Source of the DNA: Puia sp.
GTDB taxonomy: Bacteria; Bacteroidota; Bacteroidia; Chitinophagales; Chitinophagaceae
Assembly (NCBI GenBank): GCA_035946435.1
Contig: DASYZH010000353.1
Span: 2,376 to 66,375 of the forward strand
Direction: 5' to 3'
DNA: 64,000 nt
This document shows, one piece after another, positions 1 to 9,760 of the stretch. The notes below the pieces were generated by a model. It was not told the DNA's origin. It saw nothing but the letters and a program-made list of their open reading frames with translations, and did not search any database. The translations under genes were made by a program, and so were the position numbers. Positions within the stretch are counted from its first letter, which is position 1, and each line of letters opens with the position of its first letter.

Positions 1-1
1 C

Positions 2-1636
2 CGTAATTTCAACCAGAACGGGCTTTATTCCGGCTTCGTCCGCACGGACTGGCAAAAGGACTTCCATTCCAATCTTCCTGTGACGACTACCACCGAGTTC
101 GCCTATGACTATCGCAAATATTCAGAAACACAATTCTGGGCCGAAGGTGTCGGACTGCCTTCCTATCCCCCGCCCACCATTAGCGGCGCAACCACCAAGA
201 CCGCCGGGGACTACTACCAGTCCTCTATAACCTACGGCTTCCTGGTCAACCAGACCATCGATTGGGGCAACCTCTTCGGTATTTCCGGCGGCGTACGATC
301 CGACTATGGCAGCGCATTCGGCGCCGCTTACAAGGCGGCCACCTTCCCCCGCGGGACCATCTACTTCCGGCCGTCCGAGCTCATGACGGCGCAACAACCC
401 TGGCTCCGGGACTGGAAGGTCAGGGCAGCCTATGGCGCAGCGGGTATCCAACCCCTTCCCTATGACCGCCAGATCACCCTGAGCTCGCCCACGCTGGGCA
501 ATGGGGTAGCGCTGGCGCTCGCCTCACAGAACACCAACGACAGCCTGATCCTCATGAAGAACTATGAGCTGGAGGTGGGAACAGACGCTACTTTCACACC
601 TTTTGAAGGCCAGTGGGTCTCGCGATTGGTATTCAGCGGTACCTACTGGCACCGCAGGTCCCAGGACGTCTACCAGAACGCCCAGGTAGCGCCTTCCTCC
701 GGCTACGCCACCCGGCTGGATAACCTCAGCACCATCGTTTCTCACGGGATAGACCTCTCGCTCGATGCTTCCATCTACAACGGCCGGATCGTCACCTGGG
801 GTCTCAGCGCCCGCTGGGGCTATAGCCGTGCCGTTACAACGAAGATCGCCAATGGCCAGGATATCGTCAACTTCGAATTCGCCGTCAAACAAGGTCAACC
901 CATCGGATTGTTTTATGTGATGACACCGTTGCACTCCGTGAATCAATTAGGGCCCGATGGCAAGACACCCATCATTCCGGCCAATAAACAGGCGGGTTAC
1001 TCCTTGACCAGCACCGGGGATGTGGTGATCAATACCGACAACTACGTCCAGTATACGCCGTCCAACGATCTTTCCCCCGTGGGTCACGCCTATCCCGATT
1101 TTACCTCTTCGCTCACCAACCGTTTTACATTCTTTAAAAAGCTGCTCGTTTCATTCCAATTCGATTGGGTCTACGGCAATAGCATCTACAATGTCACCAA
1201 ACAATGGCTATACAGACCCACTGGTGGAACAGGCGGACAGGGTGGCGAGTCCATCGACCTGGACAAGAAACTCACCATTCAGGGGCAAACGGGTTCGTTC
1301 GTCAACTACTACAACAGCCTTTATGACGTTGGCCTGGCGGTCTCGCCCTTCGTCGAAAATGGTTCATTCATCCGCCTCCGCGATCTGTCCATTGGCTATG
1401 ACCTGTCCCGTTATGTAACCGGCACGAAGGCCATCAAAAGGCTCACCATTACGGCATCCGGCCGCAACCTGCTGACCTTTACCAAATACAGCGGGCTCGA
1501 CCCGGAAAATACCGGGGCCTACGACGAGGGAGGCGACGATCTCTCTCATAGCAGGACGGGAGCCTTCTCCGGCGTCGACTTTTTCGGTACGCCAAACCTA
1601 AGGTCCTATCAGTTCGCGCTGAATGTCGGTTTCTAA
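2..1636 (+). CDS. SusC/RagA TonB-dependent receptor, C-terminal part (5' end outside window)
   Basis: The frame is open from base 2. Beta-barrel motifs include WKVRAAYG, SFIRLRDLSIGY and GRNLLTFTKYSGLDPE, with a terminal aromatic residue (LNVGF). A SusD-like gene follows directly. Confidence 0.95.
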   Translation, partial: RNFNQNGLYSGFVRTDWQKDFHSNLPVTTTTEFAYDYRKYSETQFWAEGVGLPSYPPPTISGATTKTAGDYYQSSITYGFLVNQTIDWGNLFGISGGVRSDYGSAFGAAYKAATFPRGTIYFRPSELMTAQQPWLRDWKVRAAYGAAGIQPLPYDRQITLSSPTLGNGVALALASQNTNDSLILMKNYELEVGTDATFTPFEGQWVSRLVFSGTYWHRRSQDVYQNAQVAPSSGYATRLDNLSTIVSHGIDLSLDASIYNGRIVTWGLSARWGYSRAVTTKIANGQDIVNFEFAVKQGQPIGLFYVMTPLHSVNQLGPDGKTPIIPANKQAGYSLTSTGDVVINTDNYVQYTPSNDLSPVGHAYPDFTSSLTNRFTFFKKLLVSFQFDWVYGNSIYNVTKQWLYRPTGGTGGQGGESIDLDKKLTIQGQTGSFVNYYNSLYDVGLAVSPFVENGSFIRLRDLSIGYDLSRYVTGTKAIKRLTITASGRNLLTFTKYSGLDPENTGAYDEGGDDLSHSRTGAFSGVDFFGTPNLRSYQFALNVGF

Positions 1637-1661
1637 TTGATCACCTAAATCATGAAATAAG

Positions 1662-3320
1662 ATGAAGAAGCTACTATATATTCTTACTGCCACCCTGCTG
1701 CTGGGAGCCTGTAAAAAAACGATCCTGCAACTCCCCAATCCCAACCTGCCCACGCCAAATGGGTCCCTGGCCACCGAGGGCGGCATCGATGCCTTTGCCA
1801 TGGGGATCTTTTACAAATGGATCGCCTTCGAGACGGGCGACGGCAACATCAATTTCTTCGATATTGCCTGGTACATGGAAAGCAACATGGGCGACGAAGA
1901 TTTTACGCCCTATTCCAACTTCGGCTCCCGCTACCCGATGAATATCGCCAGCATTACCTTGCCACAGCCCTACAATACCGTCGTCCCCAACCCATCCGGC
2001 TATGCCAATAACCTCGCTATCCTGGAAACGTTCAACAGCCGCAGTGCCGGCGATGGGAACTCCATCCAATACGAATGGGACTGCTTTTACTATGTCAATG
2101 CACAGGCGAATACCCTGCTGCAGGCTTTGGCCAATCCGGCACTCAAGCTAAGTGGTGATGCCGCAACGAAGATGAAGCTGCTCCAGGCCTGGGCCTATTA
2201 CTGGAAGGGCTATTCCTATTCCAAGCTCGGCTCCATGTACCTTGCCGCCGTCATCGACGACTCTCCCGACAGTACGGCCAAAGGGTTGACCAGTAACGTA
2301 TATGTTGTGCACGACAGCGTGATCGCTGCCGCCAACCGAAATTTCGCCCAGGCCGCCTCCATCTTCAACAGCATCACCGAGAATTCCGATTACGATACCA
2401 CCTTCAAAGCGATCATCCCCAGCTTCAACGTGCCTAATCAGGTGATCACCCCCGGCATGTGGGTCCGGCAGATCCAAAGCTTCGAAGCCCGCAATTATCT
2501 CGTTAACCGTAAGGTGGCCGCCATGACCTCCACGGACTGGACCACCATCCTGAATCTTACAGCCGGTGGCATGTTACAAACCGATTACACGCTCCGGTGG
2601 GGCGTTGCTCCCCTGGGGATACCCGACCTGACTAAAAATCTGGGATTCCTATTCCACCCTATGGTGCTGCATACCGCCCTCGGCGGCCTCTCCTTCGTGA
2701 GCGAACGGCTGATCCAGGATATCCAGCCGGGAGACCAGCGTTTTACAAAAGGCTTCCAACCCGATCCCACAGGTACCGTAGTCAACGTCCTTAACCGCGG
2801 CATCCAGTTCGGTACCCGTTATTCACCCATCGACATCGAGAAAGGCGGCCTCTACGCGACGGAGAATTACTCGTCCGCGGCCACCGTTGCCATTGCTCCC
2901 ACCTGGGAGGAAAACGCCCTGATGGCCGCAGAAGCCAACATCTACCTGGGTAACGTTAACACGGGTCTCCAGCTCATCGACCAGGTACGCGCTTCCCAGA
3001 ACTCGGGGCTGCCTCCACTGGCCGGCTCCGGCATCTCTCAGGACTCCGCGATCTCCCAGCTCCACAGCGAACGTCGCATAGGCCTCTACCTGCATAACGT
3101 CTCCTGGTACGACGCCCGTCGCTGGGGCATCACGGCGGACGTGTCAAAAGGTGGCGGAAGGATCGGGAACATAGTCGTACCCGGCAGCCTCATCAACCAA
3201 ACCGCCGCGCAGGTCCTCCCCTGCTTTATCAATTATGATTTCGTGGATTATTGGGACGTCCCACAAAACGAGCTGGACTTCAACCCCGCTTCCGCGAGTT
3301 CGGCACCCATAAAGAACTAA
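1662..3320 (+). CDS. SusD/RagB family outer-membrane lipoprotein
   Basis: Lipobox LLGAC, AWAYYWKG, ERRIGLY...WYDARRWG and a C-terminal VPQNELDFNP. It lies immediately after susC. Confidence 0.9.
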   Translation: MKKLLYILTATLLLGACKKTILQLPNPNLPTPNGSLATEGGIDAFAMGIFYKWIAFETGDGNINFFDIAWYMESNMGDEDFTPYSNFGSRYPMNIASITLPQPYNTVVPNPSGYANNLAILETFNSRSAGDGNSIQYEWDCFYYVNAQANTLLQALANPALKLSGDAATKMKLLQAWAYYWKGYSYSKLGSMYLAAVIDDSPDSTAKGLTSNVYVVHDSVIAAANRNFAQAASIFNSITENSDYDTTFKAIIPSFNVPNQVITPGMWVRQIQSFEARNYLVNRKVAAMTSTDWTTILNLTAGGMLQTDYTLRWGVAPLGIPDLTKNLGFLFHPMVLHTALGGLSFVSERLIQDIQPGDQRFTKGFQPDPTGTVVNVLNRGIQFGTRYSPIDIEKGGLYATENYSSAATVAIAPTWEENALMAAEANIYLGNVNTGLQLIDQVRASQNSGLPPLAGSGISQDSAISQLHSERRIGLYLHNVSWYDARRWGITADVSKGGGRIGNIVVPGSLINQTAAQVLPCFINYDFVDYWDVPQNELDFNPASASSAPIKN

Positions 3321-3321
3321 G

Positions 3322-3357
3322 AAGAAGCCCCGGCCAAGACGCCGGGGCTTCTTTTAT
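3322..3357. terminator. Bidirectional intrinsic terminator
   Basis: AAGAAGCCCCGG-ccaagacg-CCGGGGCTTCTT is a 12-bp perfect stem followed by TTAT, between convergent genes. Confidence 0.9.
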
Positions 3358-3364
3358 TAAAGAA

Positions 3365-4402
3365 TTAATTAAAGCTCAAATGCACCTCTCCGCTATTCCC
3401 ATCGACCCGCACCGGGATCCCACCACCATTCAACGTCCCGTCGATATGATGCTCATCAAACGTACCCTTGAAGTTGTTCAACGCCGTAGAATGCACCCGC
3501 TCGCCGGAGATACGCAGATCCATCCCCTGCCCCTGCGGCAGCGTCAGCGAGATATCACCGCTGGAGTTAGAAAGATCCACGGATTTGGTGCTCAGAAAAT
3601 GTACCCGGATATTCCCGCCGCTGGTAGACGCACTGAGATTGGCCGCCACTTCATCCAGATCGATATTCCCACCCGACGTATGCGCATCCAGATCACCGGT
3701 GATCTTATTGCCTTCCACCTCGCCACCCGACGTAGATGCATGGATCGTCCCTTTCACTCCCCTTAGAGTTACATTACCCCCCGAAGTGCCCAGCTGGATC
3801 CTGCCTTCACAGTACATCGCATCCATATTGCCGCCGCTGGTCTGCAAGTCGATATCGTCATGACTGTTGCGGACCGTAACATTTCCGCCGCTGGTACGCC
3901 CCACGATCGTTCCGGAGAGATGGTCGATGTCCAGATTGCCACCGCTGGTATGGAAATTCTCATTCCCCGTCAGATCCTTCATGTCGATATTTCCGCCGCT
4001 CGTCCTGACATGGCTCCCCACGGCCGCCGGCGTATAGATCATAAAAGAGATCGACAGCCCATGCCGCCAGTTGTTGCTAAAGCCCGTTTTTTGGTGCGCC
4101 GTAGCCACCAGCCGGTTCCCCTGCACGGCGATCGTGATATCATATCCTTCATCCAGCCGCTTCTGGATCTCCTCCTTACTTAGACCTTCGCCCCAACCAT
4201 TATTGGTGTGGATATACATCTCCACCCGCGCATCCCCTGCGGTCTGCCCATATACGGCTACATTTCCACCCGAAGTCTCCGTTTCGACCTCTTTGATACC
4301 GGCTGCAGGAAAGGTTTTGACAAAAAAAGCCTCTTTATTGCTTTGCGCCTGGACGGCAAAAATGGTCAGGCCTCCCATCAGGAATAAGACTATCCTTTTC
4401 AT
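3365..4402 (-). CDS. DUF4097 family beta-strand repeat protein, secreted
   Basis: Signal peptide (ending AVQA) and many TSGG(N/E/D) repeats. Confidence 0.85.
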   Translation of the reverse strand: MKRIVLFLMGGLTIFAVQAQSNKEAFFVKTFPAAGIKEVETETSGGNVAVYGQTAGDARVEMYIHTNNGWGEGLSKEEIQKRLDEGYDITIAVQGNRLVATAHQKTGFSNNWRHGLSISFMIYTPAAVGSHVRTSGGNIDMKDLTGNENFHTSGGNLDIDHLSGTIVGRTSGGNVTVRNSHDDIDLQTSGGNMDAMYCEGRIQLGTSGGNVTLRGVKGTIHASTSGGEVEGNKITGDLDAHTSGGNIDLDEVAANLSASTSGGNIRVHFLSTKSVDLSNSSGDISLTLPQGQGMDLRISGERVHSTALNNFKGTFDEHHIDGTLNGGGIPVRVDGNSGEVHLSFN

Positions 4403-4471
4403 ATGTCGTAGTTTTTAATTTTTAAAAGTCGTCACCCGCGGCGTATATGTTGCACGGGGCTTTCGTCCATT

Positions 4472-4569
4472 ACCGGACAGTGCCTGTATCAAAACCGGAC
4501 ATCCCTGCCCCCCGCCCCCCGTTAAAAGCCCTAGAACTCAGCATTTAAGGCCATGGCACCATGTATGTA
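4472..4569 (+). promoter_or_regulatory. Putative sigma-54 promoter with tandem upstream activator-like sites
   Basis: ACCGGACA occurs at 4472 and 4494, 22 bp apart. TGGCAC-N5-ATGTA at 4554-4569 resembles the -24/-12 consensus TGGCAC-N5-TTGCA, with GT in place of GC. Confidence 0.45.
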
Positions 4570-4580
4570 CCCCAACTACC

Positions 4581-6956
4581 ATGCTGAAAAATTTTTTAAA
4601 GGTCGCCGGCCGGAACCTTGTCCGCCAAAAGATCTATAGCATCCTGAACGTCCTGGGGCTGTCCCTGGGCATCACCTGCATCCTGCTGCTGTCCCTGCAC
4701 ATCCGGGAAGAGCTGAGCTACGATACAAATTTCCCCAAGCACGACCGCATCTACCGCGTATGCACCACGGACTGGTCGAAATCTTCACCGCCCCTGGCCG
4801 CCGAAATGGTAAAAGCCTTTCCCCAGATCAAAACCTTCACTCGGTTTGCCGATGATGGAGACAATGTCCTCCACACGGTCGATGGTAAAAGCGCCAGGCT
4901 CAAAGGCTATTATACCGACTCATCCACCGTTGATATGCTCGATCTCCAAACCGTCGCCGGGACGCCCTTCGACGCCCTCTCGACCGATGGCTCCATCGTG
5001 CTGACACGCTCCGCCGCCACCCGGCTCTTCGGCAAATCCGATCCCATCGGTCAAAAACTGGTGTACAATGACAACACCAGCTTTTTTGTAAAAGCCGTGA
5101 TCGAAGACCTACCCGATAATACCCATCTTCACTTCGACTACCTGCTACCGATGACGCGCTGGTCTAAAAATGCAGGCACGGGTGTCAGTACCAGAGATTG
5201 GATGTTCGGCTGGACCTATGTCCTCCTCAACCATCCCGAAGACATTCAACCCGTTCGCGCCCGACTCTTCGATTTCTGGAAACACTATCGGAACGACCTA
5301 AAACCCGCTGATGCCGATCACGAGGCCGCTACCGCCCGGCTGATGCCCATCACCGATATCCATCTCCATTCCAACGGCATCCAGGAGATGGGCCCTAACG
5401 GCAGCATCCTCTATATCTATATCTTCACCGCGATCGCCATCCTCATCGGCATCATCGCCTGCATCAATTTCATAAACCTCTTTACCACCCAGGCACTGAA
5501 AAGATTAAAAGAGATCGCCGTTCGCAAGATCCTGGGCGCCCGTCGCTCCCAGGTGATCGCTCAATTCCTCGGCGAAGCATTACTTCTCGCCGTCTTATCC
5601 GGCATCATCGCCCTCGCCCTCTGCCAGGTCGCACTACCCCTTTACGACGAACTCACCGGCCGGCATGTTACATTGGCCTTTATCTTTCTTCCATCCAACC
5701 TCCTGCTCATCGCCACCCTGGTGTTCGCCACCGGCCTGCTCTCCGGCCTGTTCCCTGCCCTTTTTATCTCCGGCTTCGACCCCGCAGCCTCATTGAAATC
5801 CAATAAAACCCCCGGATCGCCCGCCTCGATGCTCCGCAAAAGCCTGGTCGTATTCCAGTTCGTCGCCACAGGCTTTCTCATCATAGCCACTTTTCTCGTT
5901 TACCGCCAGATGAACCTTTTCCACGATCAACAGCTCGGCTTCGATAAGGAACAGGTGGCCACTATCCGGCTGTACGGTAATTTCAAAGGCAACCTGGTGA
6001 GTCACCCCGACGTGTTGAAACGGGAATTCCTTTCGAACCCCGATGTCCTCTCCGTAGGAACCACAGGCGGCCTTATAGGTGACGACCTGAGCGTGGAAGG
6101 CGTAATCCCACTCCACCCCGAAGCAGGCAGACAATATCCCAACGTCAATGTCCAAGCCATAGATGACCACTATCTCGACGTAATGAAGATACCTCTCGTG
6201 GCAGGCCGTAGCTTCTCCCTCGACTTTCATGATTCAGCCTCTTTTATCATCAATGAGGCTGCTGTACAGGCATTGGGGTTGCAACATCCCATAGGCGCGG
6301 ACCTCGTAAATACGTCCGAGAATCTGCAAGGCAGGGTTGTCGGCGTCGTCAGAGATTTTAATTTCATGTCCTTGCACAGCAAGATCACCCCGCTCGTATT
6401 CGAATACCGGCCCCAGTACGCAGATCATATGCTGGTGAAGATCAAGGCCGGGAAGAGCCCGCAAACCATCAATTGGTTAAAAAACAAGATGGCTCAATTG
6501 GCGCCATCGACATTGTTCGACTATGGATTTCTCGACGACCACATCTCGGGGCTCTATCGCAAAGAGGATAACATGAGCACCATCCTCAAGGTGTTCTCCG
6601 TTTTTTCGATCTTCATCTCCTGCCTGGGCCTCTTCGGCCTCGCCGCCTACGCCGCAGAGATCCGCACCCGCGAGATCGGTATCCGTAAGGTCATCGGTGC
6701 CAGCACCGCCGGGCTGGTCCGCCTGCTCTCCGTCGACTTCATGGTGCCCGTGCTCATCGGCAACATCCTGTCCTGGCCCCTTGCGGCATGGGCCGTACAT
6801 ACCTGGCTCACCGAATTTACTTACCGGATCGACATCGGCTGGCCCGTATTCGCACTATCCCTCGGCCTAACGCTCATCGTTGCGCTTTTGACCATCGGTT
6901 TCCGGTGCTGGCAAACCGCGCGCATCAACCCCGTGAGGAGCCTCCGCGCAGAATAA
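4581..6956 (+). CDS. ABC transporter permease, MacB/FtsX-like duplicated type
   Basis: N-terminal MLKNFLKVAGRNL, two FtsX segments (KEIAVRKILGA, REIGIRKVIGAS) and C-terminal NPVRSLRAE. No ATPase gene is adjacent. Confidence 0.93.
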   Translation: MLKNFLKVAGRNLVRQKIYSILNVLGLSLGITCILLLSLHIREELSYDTNFPKHDRIYRVCTTDWSKSSPPLAAEMVKAFPQIKTFTRFADDGDNVLHTVDGKSARLKGYYTDSSTVDMLDLQTVAGTPFDALSTDGSIVLTRSAATRLFGKSDPIGQKLVYNDNTSFFVKAVIEDLPDNTHLHFDYLLPMTRWSKNAGTGVSTRDWMFGWTYVLLNHPEDIQPVRARLFDFWKHYRNDLKPADADHEAATARLMPITDIHLHSNGIQEMGPNGSILYIYIFTAIAILIGIIACINFINLFTTQALKRLKEIAVRKILGARRSQVIAQFLGEALLLAVLSGIIALALCQVALPLYDELTGRHVTLAFIFLPSNLLLIATLVFATGLLSGLFPALFISGFDPAASLKSNKTPGSPASMLRKSLVVFQFVATGFLIIATFLVYRQMNLFHDQQLGFDKEQVATIRLYGNFKGNLVSHPDVLKREFLSNPDVLSVGTTGGLIGDDLSVEGVIPLHPEAGRQYPNVNVQAIDDHYLDVMKIPLVAGRSFSLDFHDSASFIINEAAVQALGLQHPIGADLVNTSENLQGRVVGVVRDFNFMSLHSKITPLVFEYRPQYADHMLVKIKAGKSPQTINWLKNKMAQLAPSTLFDYGFLDDHISGLYRKEDNMSTILKVFSVFSIFISCLGLFGLAAYAAEIRTREIGIRKVIGASTAGLVRLLSVDFMVPVLIGNILSWPLAAWAVHTWLTEFTYRIDIGWPVFALSLGLTLIVALLTIGFRCWQTARINPVRSLRAE

Positions 6957-6988
6957 AACACCTACCTTTATAGAAAGCCACGATCCAC

Positions 6989-7876
6989 ATGAGCAACATA
7001 AAAAAAGAAGACGTCCGCCAGGAGGTCTTCGACCTTTACGACGATTATGCCCACAGCCGCATCAACCGGCGCGATTTCATGGAAAAGCTCTCCGTCTACG
7101 CCGTCGGCGGTCTCACCGTCCCAGCCCTCATGAGTTTCCTGATGCCCGACTACCAAAACACCCTACAGGTGAAACCCACCGACCCAAGAATAAAATCCGA
7201 CTATATCACCTACAACTCCCCCAAAGGCGGCGGCCAGATCAAGGCCCTCCTGTCCAAACCTGCTGATGCCACCGGCAAACTCGGCGCCGTCGTCGTGGTG
7301 CACGAAAACCGCGGACTCAACCCCTATATCGAAGATGTGGGTAGAAGGGTAGCCCTGGCTGGATTCATCTCCATCGCCCCCGACGCGTTGACACCGCTCG
7401 GCGGCTATCCCGGTAATGATGACAAAGGCCGCGAAATGCAGGCCAAAAGGGATAAGAACGAAATGCTCGAAGATTTTATCGCCGCCTTCGAATACCTGAA
7501 ACAACAACCCGATGTTAACGGTAAAATAGGCGTCGTAGGCTTTTGCTTCGGTGGCTGGATCACCAATATGATGGCCGTCCGCCTGCCCGATCTTGCCGCC
7601 GCCGTTCCATTCTACGGTACCCAGCCGCCTCTTGACCAGGTGCCGCAAATAAAGGCGCCGCTGCTGATCCACTACGCAGGTCTCGATACGCGCGTTAACG
7701 AAGGCTGGCCTGCCTATGAGAATGCCCTGAAAGAAAACCACAAGGAATATACCGCTTACATCTATCCGAATGTCAACCACGGCTTTCACAACGACACAAC
7801 CCCACGCTACGACAAAGAAGCCGCGGAATTAGCCTGGAAAAGAACCATCGATTTTTTCAAGGAAAAACTAAGTTGA
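6989..7876 (+). CDS. Dienelactone hydrolase family protein (YghX-like)
   Basis: N-terminal [22 protein letters not shown], nucleophile elbow GFCFGG and HGFHND. Confidence 0.9.
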   Translation: MSNIKKEDVRQEVFDLYDDYAHSRINRRDFMEKLSVYAVGGLTVPALMSFLMPDYQNTLQVKPTDPRIKSDYITYNSPKGGGQIKALLSKPADATGKLGAVVVVHENRGLNPYIEDVGRRVALAGFISIAPDALTPLGGYPGNDDKGREMQAKRDKNEMLEDFIAAFEYLKQQPDVNGKIGVVGFCFGGWITNMMAVRLPDLAAAVPFYGTQPPLDQVPQIKAPLLIHYAGLDTRVNEGWPAYENALKENHKEYTAYIYPNVNHGFHNDTTPRYDKEAAELAWKRTIDFFKEKLS

Positions 7877-7924
7877 ACATATAACCTTTTTTAGTTATTT
7901 TGTAGAAAATTAGCGCCAGATACC

Positions 7925-9754
7925 TTGAAAACCGTACTAAACCTCATTTTCATAACCCTTTATTTCTCAAGTGTATATGGCCAGGACGAGGCAATCTATG
8001 CGGTAAAAAGCAGCCTGCACCACATTACCGATAGTCCCTCATACGTAGATGCGCTGAACAGGATAAGCATGCTATCCTACGAACAAAGCGCGGATACAAC
8101 CCTGGTCTATGCCACGAAAGCCCGTGACATCGCCCGCCGTATCGACTATCCCAAAGGCGTAGCCGATGCTACAAATAACCTCGGCATCTTCTTCGACATC
8201 AACGGCAGTTCCGAACTCGCCATGCGTTACTACAGCGACGCCTATAACATGTACAACAGGCTAAAGGATACTTCCAACGTCGCACAGACCCTCATGAACA
8301 TGGCCATGGTCTACAACACCAATGGCAACGACAAAAAAGCCATCGCCCGCTATTCGGAAGCGCTACACCTTGCCTCCTCTATCGGTCGCGACTCGATCCT
8401 CGCCATCGTCATTTACGATTTCCTCTTACAATATCCCAAAAGTTTCGCCCCGGATTCGATCGATGGTTATATCGACAAAGCCTGCCGCATCGCCAAAGAA
8501 TACAGCGACAGCAGCATCCTGCTCGCCATTGGCCAGCTAAAAGCCAATAGGTACCTGCAAGCCGGCCGGCGCGATACTGCCATTCACATCCTCCAGGAAA
8601 GCCTCGCCGGCTGCATGCGGGAGAAATTATATTTTTTAAGCCTGGATATCCTGAGCGAATTAGGCGATATCTATAGTTCCATCGACTCGGTAAAAGCCGT
8701 CGGCTACTACCGGCAGGCCATGGACATCACCCACGAAAAGAACTATCTCAGCTACGACCTGGACCTTACCACTAAATTGCTCGATTTCTATACCACGCAT
8801 AAAGACACGGTCAAAATTCTGCACTATAGCGCCGACCTGGCCCGCTTGTATAGGAAGAAGCAGGAGATCGACAACCGCTCCGATATCGACTATATTTCTT
8901 ATGGGTTAAAAGACCAGCAGCTGCAGGCCATGCAGGAAAGAGCCCGCTATGAACGCAACCTCCTGTGGCTCGAAAGCATCGCCTTCTTACTCATCGTGGC
9001 GATCAGCATCATCCTTTGGCGCAATGCCAAAAAAAGTAAACGCATCAACGCCGCCCTCGAAACCAGCAATAGGAATTATGCCAGGCTGATCCGCGTCGTC
9101 GCCCACGACCTGCGGAATCCCATAGGCGCCATCAGCTCGATCGCGGGCATGAAAGCAGAGGACAAGACCCTCCCGGACAAGGAAAAAGATTGGATACGCC
9201 TCATCGATACCTCCGGCAAACGATGTCTGCAGCTCATCACCGAACTGCTCGAAACCGATTTCGACGTCCGCGAACAAACGCTGCAAAAAGCACCGGTGGA
9301 TATTTCCGCCCTCCTGCAGCAAACCGTCCTGCTGCTGGCCTATCGCGCTAACGAAAAGCAACAACGCCTGGTCGCCACAAGCGCCGCGCTGCCCATCATC
9401 CAGGCGGACAGGGAAAAGCTCTCGCGGGTGTTGGACAACCTCGTCGTCAACGCCGTTAAGTTCAGTCCTGAAAACGCCACCATCGAGCTCTGCGCGGAAA
9501 CCCGGCCAAAGGAATTGATCATCTCGGTGCGCGACACCGGCGTCGGTATCCCCAGGGATATGGCTACCCTGCTATTTGAACCGTTTGTGAATAGTGTAAG
9601 AAGAAAAGGTACCGCAGGCGAACAATCCTTCGGCCTCGGTCTTTATATCTGCCGCCAGATCGTCGAAGCACACAACGGCCGCATCTGGTTCGAACGCGAG
9701 CCCGGCCAGGGTTCCACCTTCTTTATCTCCCTGCCCCGGACAGCCGTTGGCTGA
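7925..9754 (+). CDS. TPR-containing sensor histidine kinase
   Basis: TTG start, signal peptide, TPR-like helices and one TM helix. H-box AHDLRNP, N-box NLVVNAVKF, DTGVG and GLGL. Confidence 0.9.
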   Translation: MKTVLNLIFITLYFSSVYGQDEAIYAVKSSLHHITDSPSYVDALNRISMLSYEQSADTTLVYATKARDIARRIDYPKGVADATNNLGIFFDINGSSELAMRYYSDAYNMYNRLKDTSNVAQTLMNMAMVYNTNGNDKKAIARYSEALHLASSIGRDSILAIVIYDFLLQYPKSFAPDSIDGYIDKACRIAKEYSDSSILLAIGQLKANRYLQAGRRDTAIHILQESLAGCMREKLYFLSLDILSELGDIYSSIDSVKAVGYYRQAMDITHEKNYLSYDLDLTTKLLDFYTTHKDTVKILHYSADLARLYRKKQEIDNRSDIDYISYGLKDQQLQAMQERARYERNLLWLESIAFLLIVAISIILWRNAKKSKRINAALETSNRNYARLIRVVAHDLRNPIGAISSIAGMKAEDKTLPDKEKDWIRLIDTSGKRCLQLITELLETDFDVREQTLQKAPVDISALLQQTVLLLAYRANEKQQRLVATSAALPIIQADREKLSRVLDNLVVNAVKFSPENATIELCAETRPKELIISVRDTGVGIPRDMATLLFEPFVNSVRRKGTAGEQSFGLGLYICRQIVEAHNGRIWFEREPGQGSTFFISLPRTAVG

Positions 9755-9760
9755 CGGCAG

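Noticed and set aside
3600-4300. Repeated CCGCCGCTGGT/TSGG units as a possible repeat array or CRISPR
   Set aside because: They are degenerate in-frame coding repeats of the DUF4097 beta-solenoid, with no constant repeat-spacer structure.
4415-4455. Possible ECF promoter (TGCAAC-N16-ACGACT, minus strand) for the DUF4097 gene
   Set aside because: The -10 match is weak and cannot be distinguished from chance without a regulon comparison.
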